A stretch of DNA of 63,972 nt, filler included, from Octopus bimaculoides (Eukaryota), in NCBI RefSeq assembly GCF_001194135.2. It is 6 parts of 5 records of this genome, joined end to end, with 100 filler letters (N's around TTAATTAATTAA, not from the genome) between each part and the next. Parts side by side here need not be neighbours in the genome. Positions count along the whole stretch, not along the records: positions 46,161 to 56,890 come from NC_068984.1; positions 56,991 to 61,731 come from NC_068981.1; 4 more parts are not named here. One strand, given 5' to 3'. The notes beneath the pieces were generated by a model. The model saw only the letters and a program-made list of their open reading frames with translations, was not told where the DNA came from and did no database searches. This document shows positions 47,501 to 61,134 of this stretch, in pieces. Made by a program: the position numbers and the translations under genes. Every line of letters begins with the position of its first letter. The first letter of the stretch is position 1.

Positions 47501-48531
47501 CAGCTTTCCCCCAGTCAAGGTGGAATCTCTTTCTTTCTCCCTTTCCTTCTCTCTCTTCATCCTTTCTCTCTCTATCTCTTTGTCATTCTTGTCTCCCCCC
47601 ACCTCTCTCTCTCTCGCTTGCTCCTTTTACTCCCTGTTCTCCACCACATACACAGGGATCTTGCTGCAGAGTCCATGGCACTAACAAGTACAGCCAAATT
47701 AGTCTAGCCTTGGTGTATCCATAGCGACACTTATGTGACCAAAATACCATTTATTCTGAAGCTATTACAAGAAAGTCAACACTAACTGTCACACTTTGCA
47801 GACCCTTTCTCAAGGAGTTTCATTTAGATTTTAACTATTTTAACTCTGTAAATAATAGCATTATGAAATAATCACAAACATTTTAGCTAGCTATATACAT
47901 ACATACATACATANNNNNNNNNNNNNNNNNNNNNNNNNNNNNNNNNNNNNNNNNNNNNNNNNNNNNNNNNNNNNNNNNNNNNNNNNNNNNNNNNNNNNNN
48001 NNNNNNNNNNNNNNNNNNNNNNNNNNNNNNNNNNNNNNNNNNNNNNNNNNNNNNNNNNNNNNNNNNNNNNNNNNNNNNNNNNNNNNNNNNNNNNNNNNNN
48101 NNNNNNNNNNNNNNNNNNNNNNNNNNNNNNNNNNNNNNNNNNNNNNNNNNNNNNNNNNNNNNNNNNNNNNNNNNNNNNNNNNNNNNNNNNNNNNNNNNNN
48201 NNNNNNNNNNNNNNNNNNNNNNNNNNNNNNNNNNNNNNNNNNNNNNNNNNNNNNNNNNNNNNNNNNNNNNNNNNNNNNNNNNNNNNNNNNNNNNNNNNNN
48301 NNNNNNNNNNNNNNNNNNNNNNNNNNNNNNNNNNNNNNNNNNNNNNNNNNNNNNNNNNNNNNNNNNNNNNNNNNNNNNNNNNNNNNNNNNNNNNNNNNNN
48401 NNNNNNNNNNNNNNNNNNNNNNNNNNNNNNNNNNNNNNNNNNNNNNNNNNNNNNNNNNNNNNNNNNNNNNNNNNNNNNNNNNATATACACACACACACAC
48501 ACACACATGCATATTTCCATCCATCTATATA

Positions 48532-48565
<34 letters not shown>

Positions 48566-48699
48566 CGTACATATATACATAATCATCACTACCACCATCC
48601 TCATCCACCTCTTCCTCTGCCTCTTCCTCCACCACACCACATCTCTCTTCCACTTCCTTCTTCCCTTTCTCCCCTTCCTCCTCATCATCATCATCAACA

Positions 48700-49415
48700 T
48701 CATTTTAATGGCCACTTTCCCATGTTTGTATGGTTCAGACAGAATTTACCAACTCGGATTTTCTACAGCTGAATGCCCTTCCTGTTGCTAACCCTCACTC
48801 AGTTTCAAGGAAGGTAATATTTCCCCATGGCCAGAAATGTTTTCACGGAACATTAGAAATGGATGATACAGCTTGTATGATACTCATTAGCAACTACCAT
48901 GTGATATGAAGACAAAGAGACACTAAGAAACATAGACACACACACACACACACACACACACTACATGCATGCACATATCATCATCATTTTTTAACATACA
49001 TCTTCCATGCTGGCATGGGTTGGATGATTTAACAGGAATCTTGGGTCAGAGGATTGCATTGTACTCTGATGTCTGTTTTGGCATGGTTTCTACAGCTGGA
49101 TACCTTTCCTAACACCAACTACTTTATAGTGTATACTGGGATCTTTTTTCATGGCACCAGCATTAGTGAGAGACCACATAGCTTGTAATATTAAGGTCCC
49201 AGATTTCTTTCAGTTTTTGTCCACCAAATCCACTTTCAAGGCTTTATTCAAAATGTGACATGTATTCTTCAGTTTTCACTTTTTTATTCCCTATACATGG
49301 TATGGGTTGGTTAGCTTGACAGGAACTTTCAAAGCCAAGGGCCTCACCAGGTTCTATAGTCTATTTTGGGTAGGTTTCTACGGCTAGATGCCCTTCCTAA
49401 TGCCAAATACTATAT
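48700..49415 (-). mobile_element. SINE family D fragments
   Basis: ttctacagctgaatgcccttcct, tttctacagctggatacctttcct and tttctacggctagatgcccttcct; the reverse complement recurs at 53600-53780 (ggaagggtatccaaccataaaa...catgccagcatagaaa). Confidence 0.7.
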
Positions 49416-49419
49416 GTAT

Positions 49420-49805
49420 GTTGCGGCACTCTGTCAGTTACGATGATGAGGGTTCTAGCTGATCCAATCAACAGAACAGCCTGCTCATGAAATTAGCATA
49501 CAAGCAGCTGAGCACTCCACAGACACGTGTACCCTTAACGTAGTCCTCGGGGAGATTCAGCATGACACAGAGTGTGACAAGGCTGGCCCTTTGAAATACA
49601 GGTACAACAGAAACAGGAAGAAAGTGTGAGAGAAAGTTGTGGTGAAAGAGTACAGCAGTGTTTGCTATCACCCCCTGCTGGAGCCAGGTAGAGCTTTAGG
49701 TGTTTTCGCACACTAAACACTCACAACATCCGGTCTGGGAATCAAAACTGTGGTCCTATGACCGTGAGTTCACTGCCTCTAACCACTGGGCCATTGCGCC
49801 TCCAC
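49420..49805 (-). mobile_element. SINE family C long variant
   Basis: Reverse complement of 56100-56410 (gtgtgacaaggctggccctttgaa, ctctaaccactgggccattgcgcc). Confidence 0.85.
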
Positions 49806-49807
49806 AC

Positions 49808-49842
<35 letters not shown>

Positions 49843-49843
<1 letters not shown>

Positions 49844-50345
49844 GGCACAGGCATGACTGTGTGGTAAGAAGCTTGCTTCCCACATGGTTCCAGGTTCAGT
49901 ATCACTGCATGGTATCTCGGGCAAATGTCTTCTACTATAACATCGGGCCAACCAAAGCCTTGTGAGTGGATTTTGTAGACAAGAACTGTAAAAAGCCCAT
50001 TGTGTGTGTGTGTCCTCATGACCACTTGACAACTACTGTTGGTGTGATTACATCCTAGTGACTTAGCAGTTCTTCAAAAAAGATCGTTAGAATAAGCACC
50101 AGGCTTAAAAAATAAGTCCTGGGGTCAATTTGTTCGACTATAAAACCCTTCAAGGTGGTGCCCCAGCATGGCCACAATCCAATAACTGAAACATAAAGGA
50201 TAACAGAGATATATACCAGAGGCTTTTTTCCAGTTTCTACCAAATTCATTCACAAGGTGCTTGTTGGTCTGAACCTGTAGTAGAAAAACTTGGCCAAGGT
50301 GCTACACAGAGGAACTGAACCCAAGACCACATGATTGGAGAATAA
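49843..50345. mobile_element. SINE family B (+, 49843-50205) and a B fragment (-, 50222-50345)
   Basis: Family B head, core and tail, with most CpGs converted to TpG or CpA. Confidence 0.85.
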
Positions 50346-50449
50346 GTTTCACCTAGACTGTAAAAAAGGCATCCTGATGTTGATGAAACCACTGATGAAA
50401 GTGATTGATAATTGAGGAAATGATGATGATGTTGATGTTGGTTGTAGAC

Positions 50450-51189
50450 CAGGGCTGGCCAACCTGAGGCCCGCAGGCCACATTCAGCCCGCAGAGTTTT
50501 ATCTTGCGGCCTGCTTGATACTTTCTTGAAATGGATCTATTTAAACAAAAATTTTAAAAATTTTATCAAAAATTAAAGATTGTAATGAATAGTGGCAATA
50601 AAATGGCAAAAATATAAGTGGAAATAAAGCAACAGCCTACCATTTTATAATTTCAAACAAACGAAAAGTATGAAAAATTCTTGATTCTGTAATTTAATTA
50701 TTCAACTATTACTCTTTTACTCTTTTACTTGTTTCAGTCATTTGACTGTGGCCATGCTGGAGCACTGCCTTTAGTCAAACAAATCGACCCCAGGACTTAT
50801 TCTTTGTAAGCCTAGTACTTATTCTATCGGTCTCTTTTGCCGAACCACAAAGTTACGGGGACGTAAATACACCAGCATCGGTTGTCAAGCGATGTTGGGG
50901 GGACAAACACAGACACACAAGCATACACACACACACACACACACAACCACACACACACACACATATATACATACATGTATACGACGGGCTTCTTTCAGTT
51001 TCTGTCTACCAAATCCACTCACAAGGCTTTGGTCAGCCCGAGGCTATAGTAGAAGACACTTGCCCAAGGTGCCACGCAGTGGGACTGAACCTGGAACCAT
51101 GTGGTTTGTGTATAAAGTATACAAGCAGCCCTCAAAAAACTTTCTGTGATTAAAGTGGTCTGCAATGTAAATTGAGTTGGCCAGGCCTA
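50450..51189. mobile_element. hAT-Charlie-like MITE with a nested SINE B (50713-51112, -)
   Basis: TIRs CAGGGCTGGCCAAC / GTTGGCCAGGCCTA (12/14), a ggcccgcaggccaca subterminal motif and 8-bp flanks ttgtagac / ttatggac (6/8). Confidence 0.75.
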
Positions 51190-51964
51190 TTATGGACAGT
51201 GCCAGATATACCATTGAGCTTAGGTATGCTTAAGCACAGGGTCCCATTGACCAGGGAAGCCCCTCTTCCTGCCCACAAATTTTTTTATTGTCCAAGTAAG
51301 AGGCTTCGTATCTTAACTATCACAGGACCTCATTTGTCCTAAATCAGGCACTGAGAGCAGCAGTGTTGATGGAGGTGAGGAGATGACAATAGCATTTATG
51401 ATAACAAGGGTGATGGTGGTGAGGTTGAAAGTAGAGTGAAGGATGATAATGTTGATAATGATGGTGGTGATGGTGGTTATGATAGTGATGACAATGATGA
51501 TGATGATGATAGTGTGGCTGCTTGCCAATAACTGAATTTGTAACTTTCATTTGGTGTTTAATAAATTTTACATGTCGCGATCCAGTTTTGTGTTTCCTTG
51601 TGATGTCTAAATATGTAACACTATCTATTTAGACAGTGTGCCAATTTCTAACTAAATAAACTAGCACACACACGCACACACACACACACGCACGCACACA
51701 CACTCACACACACACACAGACACACACACACACACACACAGAATAAATGCTTGAAATATTTGTGTATGTGTGTGTGTGTTTATGTGAGTGTGCCTGCGTG
51801 TCTTTTTGCCATCATGTTCAGTAAATTGAAAAAAAAAAAAATCCATTTATATAATTAATCCTAATATGTGTGGGTTTGGTGGGTTTGCATATATATATAT
51901 GTGTGTGTGTGACACATGTATTATATGTGTGTTTATGTGCATACACACACATATATTGATACAA

Positions 51965-52077
<113 letters not shown>

Positions 52078-52879
52078 CAGAGAGACAGATAGATAGATAG
52101 ATATAGATCTCTATATAAACTTACACATATGTACACATACACACATACCCCATAATACATGTACATACACACAGACACACACACACATACACACTATATA
52201 GACATGCATATACATATTTTATTTTCTCAAAGGAGGCAAAAATAAAAGATTTCCAGGTATACCTGACATGCACAATATCTTTCTTCCAACGAGACACAGC
52301 TGGTGACCAGCGGTGCCTTTGGGAAGATGTTTTGGCATGGGGAGTTAAGGGCACGTCTTGTCAATAGTTGATCTACAAATACATCTTTGTACCCCTACTT
52401 CCCACCACTTGCCAAGTTCCGTCATTAAGAGTTGAATTTCAACAAAAAAACACATAACTTGGTGGCTGGTTAAGCTTCTGTAATATTTTCAACCTGTTGT
52501 ACACGCTTTAAAGACTATCTTTGGGATATGCCTGGAATTTCAGGGTTCAAATTTATGATTATGTAAGGGCTGCCTTTTCGAAAGGAATGAGTTAATGATA
52601 GATATAACAGAACCTGTGAACATTTTGTTTGTTGTTGCTACTGTTGTTTTTAGTCTTTTAGCCTCTTTCTTCCTCTTCTTTTCACCTGTCTTTTCCTTTC
52701 TTTCTTTTTTTCTTTCTTACTCCCCCCCCCCTCTTCTTTCTTTCTTTTTTCTTTCTTTCTTTTCCCCTCTCTTCTTTCTTTCTTTTTTCTTTCTTTTTTC
52801 TTTCTTTCTTTTCCTCTCTCTTCTTTCTTTCTTTTTTCCTTCTTTCTTTTCCCCTCTCTTCTTTCTTTCTTTTTTCTTT

Positions 52880-53190
52880 ACATGCACTGCACAGGCACTT
52901 TTACATGCACTGCACAGGCAGTTTTATATATACTGCGCTGGCAGTTTTACATACACTGCACAGGCACTTTTACATGCACTGCACAGGTGGTTTTACATGG
53001 TGCTGCATGGGCACTTTTACGTGGCACTGTATGAGTGCTTTTACATGGCACCATGCAGGCACTTTTATGTGGCACCACATAAGTACTTTTACACAGCACC
53101 ATACAGGTGCTTTTACGTGGCACAACATGATGCCTCACAGGTACCTAAATACACTGCACAAGTGCCTAAATACCACATGTGCCTAAACAC
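52880..53190. repeat. 23/24-bp minisatellite (ACATGCACTGCACAGGCACTTTT), about 11 units
   Basis: Five 23-bp units are followed by about six more diverged 24-bp units. Confidence 0.92.
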
Positions 53191-53775
53191 CTTCATCCAT
53201 TTGAGTAAATTGTAGGAAACAACTTTTAATTTATAGATGTGTGCTTTATCCTTGTTACTTTAATTAATCAAGCTTTAAAATTAGGTATCACCCTGGCTTT
53301 CCATTCCAGTAATAACATTCAAGATGGATATATATATATATATATGCCCCAGAAAGCTTCTTACATGGTTGCTCAACCTGCTAAAAATAACAAATAAATT
53401 TCCTTCCTATCTAAAAAAAAAAAAGGGAAGAACACATTCAATAATGTTACTTTGTAGCACTTCAGCATTCAGATTCTGTAAAATGTAACATTTATTCACA
53501 TCGTTTTGAATTAGTTATGCATTATCTTGTAGCTTCAAGTTTTTGATGATGTGAATGTTTATTTTTAGAATGACATTGAAGTGTGGGTATGAGAGGTCAG
53601 ATCTGGTTGGTTTGAAGATAAAAATAGATAATAAGGGTGGTTGATGTTAGGAAGGGTATCCAACCATAAAAAAAAAACAGGCCAAAACAGACGCTGAAGC
53701 GTGGTGCAGTCTTCTGGCTGGTCAGCTCCTGTTAAACCAGCAGCCAATCCATGCCAGCATAGAAAGCTGATGTTA

Positions 53776-53776
53776 A

Positions 53777-53846
<70 letters not shown>
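53776..53846. repeat. (GAT)n tail of a SINE D copy
   Basis: Directly visible. Confidence 0.9.
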
Positions 53847-53848
<2 letters not shown>

Positions 53849-54444
53849 AGAGCCTGATATGGCCTGTTTAAATACTAAAAGATTAAATATGTTATGCCTG
53901 AAATACTAAAAAAAAAAATATGACCATCACTCTGATGAAGGCTTGTTAAACCAGGGCTGACCTGGGGTTAAACAATACAATAGCAACTATTCATACTAAT
54001 ATGCATACACACACATCAATATACAGAGACACACAAACATATACACAAATATATTTATATTTGTGTGTGGACCAAAACGAAAGATTAAATGAGACAACTC
54101 GTGGCCTTTTCATTCTGTCATTCTACATCATTTGACTTTGCATTCATACTTTATTTTGAAAGGCAAATTATAAACATATATCTCTCTTGTTTATTTCTCG
54201 GTGAGGTCTTAAGAAGTATTAGTTTAATTTAACATTTAAAATTACCTACCTACCTACCTACCTACCTACCTACCTACCTACCTTTCTACATACATACATA
54301 CATACACACTTATACACACACACAAATATATATGTACATATGTTTGTATTCGTGTGTGTGTGTGTGTGTGTGAGTGTGTGGGTGTGTGTACATATGTATG
54401 TCGTTATTTAGTTTAATTTCAAGATTTCTTGCCAATAGAGAAAG

Positions 54445-54685
54445 AGCCAGTTTCGGTTGTCAAGCGATGTTGGGGGACACACACAGACACACAAACATAT
54501 ACACACAGACACAAACATATATACATATATACGACGGGCTTCTTTCAGTTTCCGTCTACCAAATCCACTCACAAGGCTTTGATTGGCCTGAGGCTATAGT
54601 AGAAGACACTTGCCCAAGGTGCCACGCAGTGGGACTGAACCCGGAACCATGTGGTTCGTAAGCAAGCTACTTACCACACAACCAC
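54445..54685 (-). mobile_element. SINE family B
   Basis: acgacgggcttctttcagtttccgtctaccaaatccactcacaaggc...agcaagctacttaccacac. Confidence 0.9.
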
Positions 54686-54687
54686 AA

Positions 54688-55052
54688 ACGTTTCAAAGTG
54701 TACTCCTTATTGCTTTCTCAACTGGAAAAAGACCATTTTTGCATCAAATCATCACTTGTGATGAGAAATGGATACTCTTTGACAACAGCAGAAGAACAGG
54801 ACAGTAATTAGATGCAGGAGACTCACCTAAACACTACCCAAAGCCACATTACACCCTAAAAAGTTAGTGGTCACTCTATGGTGATCTGCAAAGGGAATTA
54901 TTCATTATTCATTTTTGCAACAAGGGAAAACAGTAACAGCAACATCGTATTACCTGGAAATTGATTGTATGCATGAGAATTTGAAGAAGTAACCCAGACT
55001 AGTGAATAGAGATGGCCCAATTTTGCTCCATGACAATGCATGTCCTCATACT
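54688..55052 (+). pseudogene. Mariner transposase catalytic-domain fragment
   Basis: PFLHQIITCDEKWILFDN...PKKLVVTLW...GIIHYSFL...GPILLHDNACPH. Confidence 0.88.
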
Positions 55053-55066
55053 CCTCATACACACAC

Positions 55067-55101
<35 letters not shown>

Positions 55102-55254
55102 CATATATACATATACATATATAGTTCACATGATTAGAATTCAGAAACTTTGAGAGAAATGAAATCGTTTTCTTAAGTAGGATGTAAAATAGATAATGCT
55201 TGTAAATAAAAGTGTGCAAATATTAGATTAAAAAACCTCTTGGATAAGTGCATG

Positions 55255-55287
<33 letters not shown>

Positions 55288-56099
55288 TATGAAGTAATAA
55301 AGTAAAATCCAAGATACGATAAGAAAATTAAAGATAAGAAACTACAGCTTAGATGGATTAAAGATAATGATTTACATAAATAAATGGTCATAGAAGCAAA
55401 TATACTGTATATATATGTGATTCTTAAGTAATTTTAAGAGGAGAGGAAGATATGAAGTGAATGTGTAAGGATGGACTCCAAGGTAGCAAGGAAAAATTTT
55501 AAAAAACTAGTAAGGAAGAATATGAATGCAGTTGTGTGATGATAATAGCAAGGGGAACATTGTGAAGGCTGAAAAGTGGGGTAGTTATGTGCAGTTATGT
55601 GGGCAGTAAATAGTTATCTCTGGAAAGTATTAACAATCATTTTAGGGAAATTGAAAGTTTAACGAGATATTAAAATATTAAAAGATAAAAAAAGAGAAAG
55701 AGAGACAAAAGTAAAGAAAGAAAAGTAAATAAGACTAAATTTAGTTCAAAATTAAACTATGATTTCTACAATGAAAGGGGGAAATAGATAAAATTGATTA
55801 ATTTAATTTGAATTAATTAATTAAAATAGGTAAACTAAGAAGAGATCTACATTAAGGTAAAAGTGAAGTTGAGGATTAGGAGAATTTAAGTAAAGTGAAA
55901 ACTGGAAGTAAATATTTGACATTTTAATGTTTAACCCTTTAGCATTTAAACTTCCATTTCCGGTCCGCATATGCTACTTTTTTTATGTTCTAATCAGCCA
56001 AATCCAGCCTATCACACATACCCTTCAATGTCATTCTAAAAATATACAACCACATCATCAAAATTTGAGATAATGCACTTGGCGCTAAGATGTCGGAGT

Positions 56100-56410
56100 G
56101 AAGGCATGTGACTTAGTGGTTAAGGTATTCAGCTCATAATCGTAAGATCACGAGTTCAATTCCTGACAGTTCATTGTGTCCTTGAGCAAGACACTTTATT
56201 TCACATTGTTCCAATCCTCTCAGCTGGTAAAAATGTAATTCAAAGGGCCAGCCTTGTCACATTCTGTGTCATGCTGAACCTCCCCGAGAACTACACTTAG
56301 AGTACACCTGTTTGTAGTACTCAGCCACTTGCATGTTAATTTCATGATCAGTCTGTTCTGTTGATCTGATCAACTGGAACACTTGTCATCATGACTGACA
56401 GAGTGCCAGT
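56100..56410 (+). mobile_element. SINE family C long variant
   Basis: gacttagtggttaagg (A box), gagttcaattcc (B box), gtccttgagcaagacactttatttcac. Confidence 0.88.
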
Positions 56411-56990
56411 TCAGAAGTCAGGACAAATACCAAAAGGTATTATGCATGATATTCTATCAAATTCATTGCTCTGGATTTGTATTTTTTAATCAGTCTCAAA
56501 AAGATGAAAGAAGTTGATATCAGCAGGGTTTGAAATCAGAGCACAGTGTATTGGAGCAGAAATTACAAGGCATTTTTATTCAACGCTCTAACAACTCGGC
56601 CAATTATCAAGGTATATTGACTAGTTTTTTCACATCCAACACTTCTCTGTAGATTCAGGTGCTGCCTGAATTCATTGATGCATGGGCGGCTGAGGTCAAG
56701 TAATTTACTTTGATCTACTTCTCTGTTCAAAGCAAACACATCCTACCTACCCAACCTGCCAATCACTATCACTATCACTGAAGTTATCAACAATTGACTT
56801 AGACTGTGGTGGTGGTGGTGGTGGCGGTGGTGGTGGTGGTGGAGGTTAGAAGCAATGGTTTTTATGAGGCAGGGAGTAGATGTGTGTGGTNNNNNNNNNN
56901 NNNNNNNNNNNNNNNNNNNNNNNNNNNNNNNNNNTTAATTAATTAANNNNNNNNNNNNNNNNNNNNNNNNNNNNNNNNNNNNNNNNNNNN

Positions 56991-57335
56991 TTGATTTCTT
57001 GTTTGTATTTGTCAGCTTCCTTAAATACTGAAAACAGCTTTTTGTTTTGCTCGTGTTTTGTGGCTATTTGTATTAGTTTCCCTTGCTTTTGGAGTAGGTA
57101 TTTTTGCAGTCCTATGGTGGTTATTTTATAATAGTTTTCTAGCTGTATAAGACCCCTGCCACCTTCTGTGCGTTGTATATATAGCCTTTCTATGTCAGAT
57201 TTTGGGTGGTGCATCCTATATCCTGTCATTATTTTTCTTGTTTTCCTGTCTATTTTACATAGTTCGTTTAGTGTCCAGTTAAGGATGTTGTAGCTGTAGC
57301 TTATAACTGGGACAGCTAAAGTGTTGACATCATTA
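56991..57335 (-). mobile_element. R4/Dong-type RT thumb fragment
   Basis: NTLAVPVISYSYNILNWT...DRKTRKIMT...HHPKSDIERLYIQRTEGGRGLIQLE. Confidence 0.92.
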
Positions 57336-58004
57336 TCACAGCAGCAATCATGCCAATGAACACAGGAGCAGTACCAACGGTGAAGTGTGGCCACAACAAT
57401 AACAGCAATTTCAACACCAAAATCAGCCGACACCAAAGTAGCAGCAACCACACGGACTCCTTTCAACCGCGACCACATCACCACCAATAACAGAAATTGA
57501 AAACTCACATGCAACAACAACAGAAAATACAAAAAACAAACAGACATCAATGACACCCCAAGATATGTTCCTTCCTGCTTGAAACCACAGAGACATATCA
57601 TATGGTAAAGGTGACGGGAAAGATAGTAAATAGTAAAATGTAACGAACAGGAAAAAAAAGAAAACACGCCATGAAAACCGCTAAGGGCTTCAAAAGGACA
57701 GAACCGCTCAGCAGCAAAACAGCGACATCTTCAATAAGCGCGAACAACAAAACACGAATAGCATATGTTCACCAATAGACAGATTTCATTCAGAGCGATG
57801 TCATAAGACCAACAAACAACAGACCACCAGATATAAAAACCACCGAAACAACATAAAACATATACAACACCGGTAAAAATAAAATCCTGATAGAGAAAGT
57901 GACTTTGGATGGACATCAATAAAAGAATTTATAAGAAATAACTCCTGGAAACACCGACATTTAAGAAGAGGGAAGGAACATCCGGCCTAAATCTCCACAA
58001 AATA

Positions 58005-59276
58005 TTAGTTCGTCAAGTATGAAATTTGTAGTAAGGTATATAGTAAACAATGACAGCTGCTTATTTTGAGCCATTATTATATTTTGACAATCTTTATTTT
58101 TTGTTAGAATGCTGACACATCTATTTTTTTAAATTCTAACACATTTTGCACTTTATAAAGTATTTATAAATCGATTTTTGCTATTTTTGTTTAGAGATTG
58201 ATAAGTCGGAAATTCCTACAGTTTTGAAATATGACTTCTTTGTTGGAAATACTCCATCACAGACAGCTCGTAATGTTACTGGAGTATTGAATTCTAATGT
58301 TATTGCACAGCAGACAGTATCAAATTGGTTTGCAAAATTTCGCTCTGATAACTTTGACCTTACAAATGAGCAATGCAGTCGACCGGAAACAAAGGTGGAG
58401 AATGACGAACTGAAAGCCACCGTCGAGTCAGATCCATCTTAATGTGCCCGTGAATTATCGTTGTTGTTTGGTGTTAAAAAGCAAACAGTATTGACTCACC
58501 TAGTTCAAATCAGTAAAGCGAAAAACCTGGAGAAGGAAGTTCTACATGAACTCAATGAAAATCAAAGGCAGCAACGTTTGGAAGCCTGCATTATGCTACT
58601 TAATCGTCACAAAAATGAATAATTTTTTAATCGAATTGTAACATGTGATGAGAAATGCATCCAATACAACAACCGTAAGCGTTCAGCACAATGGTTGGAC
58701 AAAGACGAGTCTCCAAAAAGCAAAATTCATCAAAAGAAGCTGATGGTGTGTTTGGTGGTCTGGCGCGGGTGTGATCCATTAGAATTTCAATAAACCTGGC
58801 TCATCAATCACGGACGAAGTATTCTGCAGCCAACTGGACCAAACAATGCAGAAACTTGCAAAAAACAACCTAGATTATTCAACACATCCACTCCTATTTT
58901 ACTGCAAGATAACGCCAGATCACACATGGAAAAAATGACATTGGTGAAACTACAGGAGTTGGAGCAGGAAGTTCTCCATCATCCACCATACTGACATGAT
59001 CTTGCACTCACTGAGTACAACGTCTTCCGGAATTTGTATAAATTTGGATAGGAAGAAAATTTAATTCCGACGAGGCTGTAAAACAGGCCTCCCAAGATTT
59101 TATAGACTCTAGATTGCCAGGCTTTTACAGTTCCGAGCTGAACAAGCTACCGCTGAAATGGCAAAAGTGTATTGACAATAAGGGTACATACTTTGATGAA
59201 TAAAACTATTCCTTGTATTTATAAAACATTCGCAAACTTTTATTCTTTTCTACAAATTTCATTCTTGACGACCTAA
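58005..59276 (+). mobile_element. Full-length (1272 bp) defective mariner transposon, copy 2
   Basis: TA|TTAGTTCGTCAAGTATGAAATTTGT...ACAAATTTCATTCTTGACGACCTAA|TA gives TIRs and a TA TSD. Transposase remnants include CDEK and LQDNARSH. Confidence 0.95.
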
Positions 59277-60169
59277 TAGCTGCAGGCTATTATTTCTGGC
59301 TTCCATACTGCTCTTTAACTTACACCCATGTTCTGCAGTTGCTTCAAATCAGTCACTTACTCAACAACTTCAGGTCTCAAGACATAGATGCTGTGATTAT
59401 CAGCGTGACTCTGATTCTTTCGGTCATTATTTCGGGTCAATACGATATAGTACCAGTCAAATAATAGGGTTGGTAATATTAGCTAATTTCTTTCCTTCAA
59501 AGTATTTGGCCGTACGCCTAAATTAGAAACAATTACGAAAGTCGGCGCACTCGCAGTGTCGTTTGGAGATTTGTAGTTTTCGTCCAAGCTCTTGTCATAA
59601 ATTCAAGTACTACTGAGGTAAATTTTGCTTTCAACCTTTCGAGTCCGATAAAATCCTGCACCAGTCTTGTCCTAGGGCCAATATCATCGGCTTACTCTCC
59701 TCCTCAAATTCCCTGGCCGTGTACTGAAGTTACAAAGAAACTTTATTATGAAAAGTTTCCCTTTGAAGTTTCAAGCAATTTTCTGTTGTGGTACCACCTG
59801 ATGCTACTCTGTTTCTGCTGTAAGTGCAGCATTGTGTTTTTATTTTTGCGGGGATTAGCGAAGCATAGAATCCTCCTGTACCAGTTAGGTATGAGACTTA
59901 GTTTCTTCTTGTTATATTATTGGGCATTCTGTTGCGCGAGGTGTATGTAATGTGAGTTGTGCTATTTTATGGGACGCTAATCTTGAATAGCATGTTGCGT
60001 AGGTTGTGTTGCTTTAGACTATTAGATGCTCGTTGTATAGGGTGTGTTGTGTCTGAAGATTGATGTATTTGAGAAATTACATCAGATCAATAGTGTCTAG
60101 CAAGAAATATGGACTGTTCCTAGCAGAATTATATTTGGGGCAGTGTGATCAATGATATGACTGTTGTGA

Positions 60170-60895
60170 TACTTTATATATTTTGTTTAATTATGCCTAA
60201 TGCTCCATTTACTGGAGGGGGCTATTTTAATCCGCATGCCTCACATCTCGCATACTTTGATTTCAATGTCCTTTTATATTGTTAGTCTCTCCACTTCTTT
60301 GGGGACATTATTTTTATCAGAAGGGATCGTGATATCTGCTAACCTAAATCTCGTTACCAGTTTGGTTGGGCATCTCAGATTATTTACCCAGATTATTTTC
60401 GCCAGGCCATTGTCATGTACAATGTTCGTTACACACTGAAGATTCGGTATATTGCTCAGTGAATGACGCTGCTAAACATGTCCGTGTATATAATCAGATG
60501 TGGCAAGGATTGGGCAACTGAGGATGATGTGATCGATTATGTCACTTTGCTGTTTGCATCATGCATTTTGTGTTAGGATCCGCTTCCATGTTTTTATCTT
60601 CATTGTTGTCTGTTACCAGCCATTAGGTTTGTGCTGAAGGACCAGTCTCCCCGTTTTTGTTTTTAAGCCATATCTTTTGAGCCATTCTTGGTTTTCATAT
60701 TGGTTTATGTCTTCTCTAACGAGCCTTGCAGGGTAGTAACCATGGAGTGGTTTTTCAGCACTCCGAATAATATTGTTGTTTTCCCTAATGTGTAATTTGC
60801 GAGTTGTACATAATTGATGAGAGACTTTCCTGTAATTTTGTCGGTGTTTAGTGTTTTTACTATTTGGGATTAAATTAGTTTTCTCCTCCAGCATC
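60170..60895 (-). mobile_element. R4/Dong-type C-terminal fragment (zinc knuckle and RLE), degenerate
   Basis: EKPLHGYYP...QEWLKRYGLK, IDHIILSCPILATSDYIHGH, ADITIPSDKN. Confidence 0.85.
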
Positions 60896-61077
60896 TAGTA
60901 AGTTATCGATTCTGTCCTGCTTATCATCAACAATATTATTATTAGTATAGACGTCGCACAGTATACGATATCGTGAGGTTGTTGATTGAAGATATTGTAT
61001 CTACCGGAGGTTTGTACTCTTTGCCCAGTAACAGCAACGACCTCAGACAGACAGTACTCTACGCAATATGTACTGTA

Positions 61078-61134
<57 letters not shown>

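Noticed and set aside
55925-56060. TTAACCCTTT start suggesting a piggyBac-like MITE (related sequence reversed at 53440-53620)
   Set aside because: There is no matching second terminus or TTAA TSD pair, so it is too weak to call.
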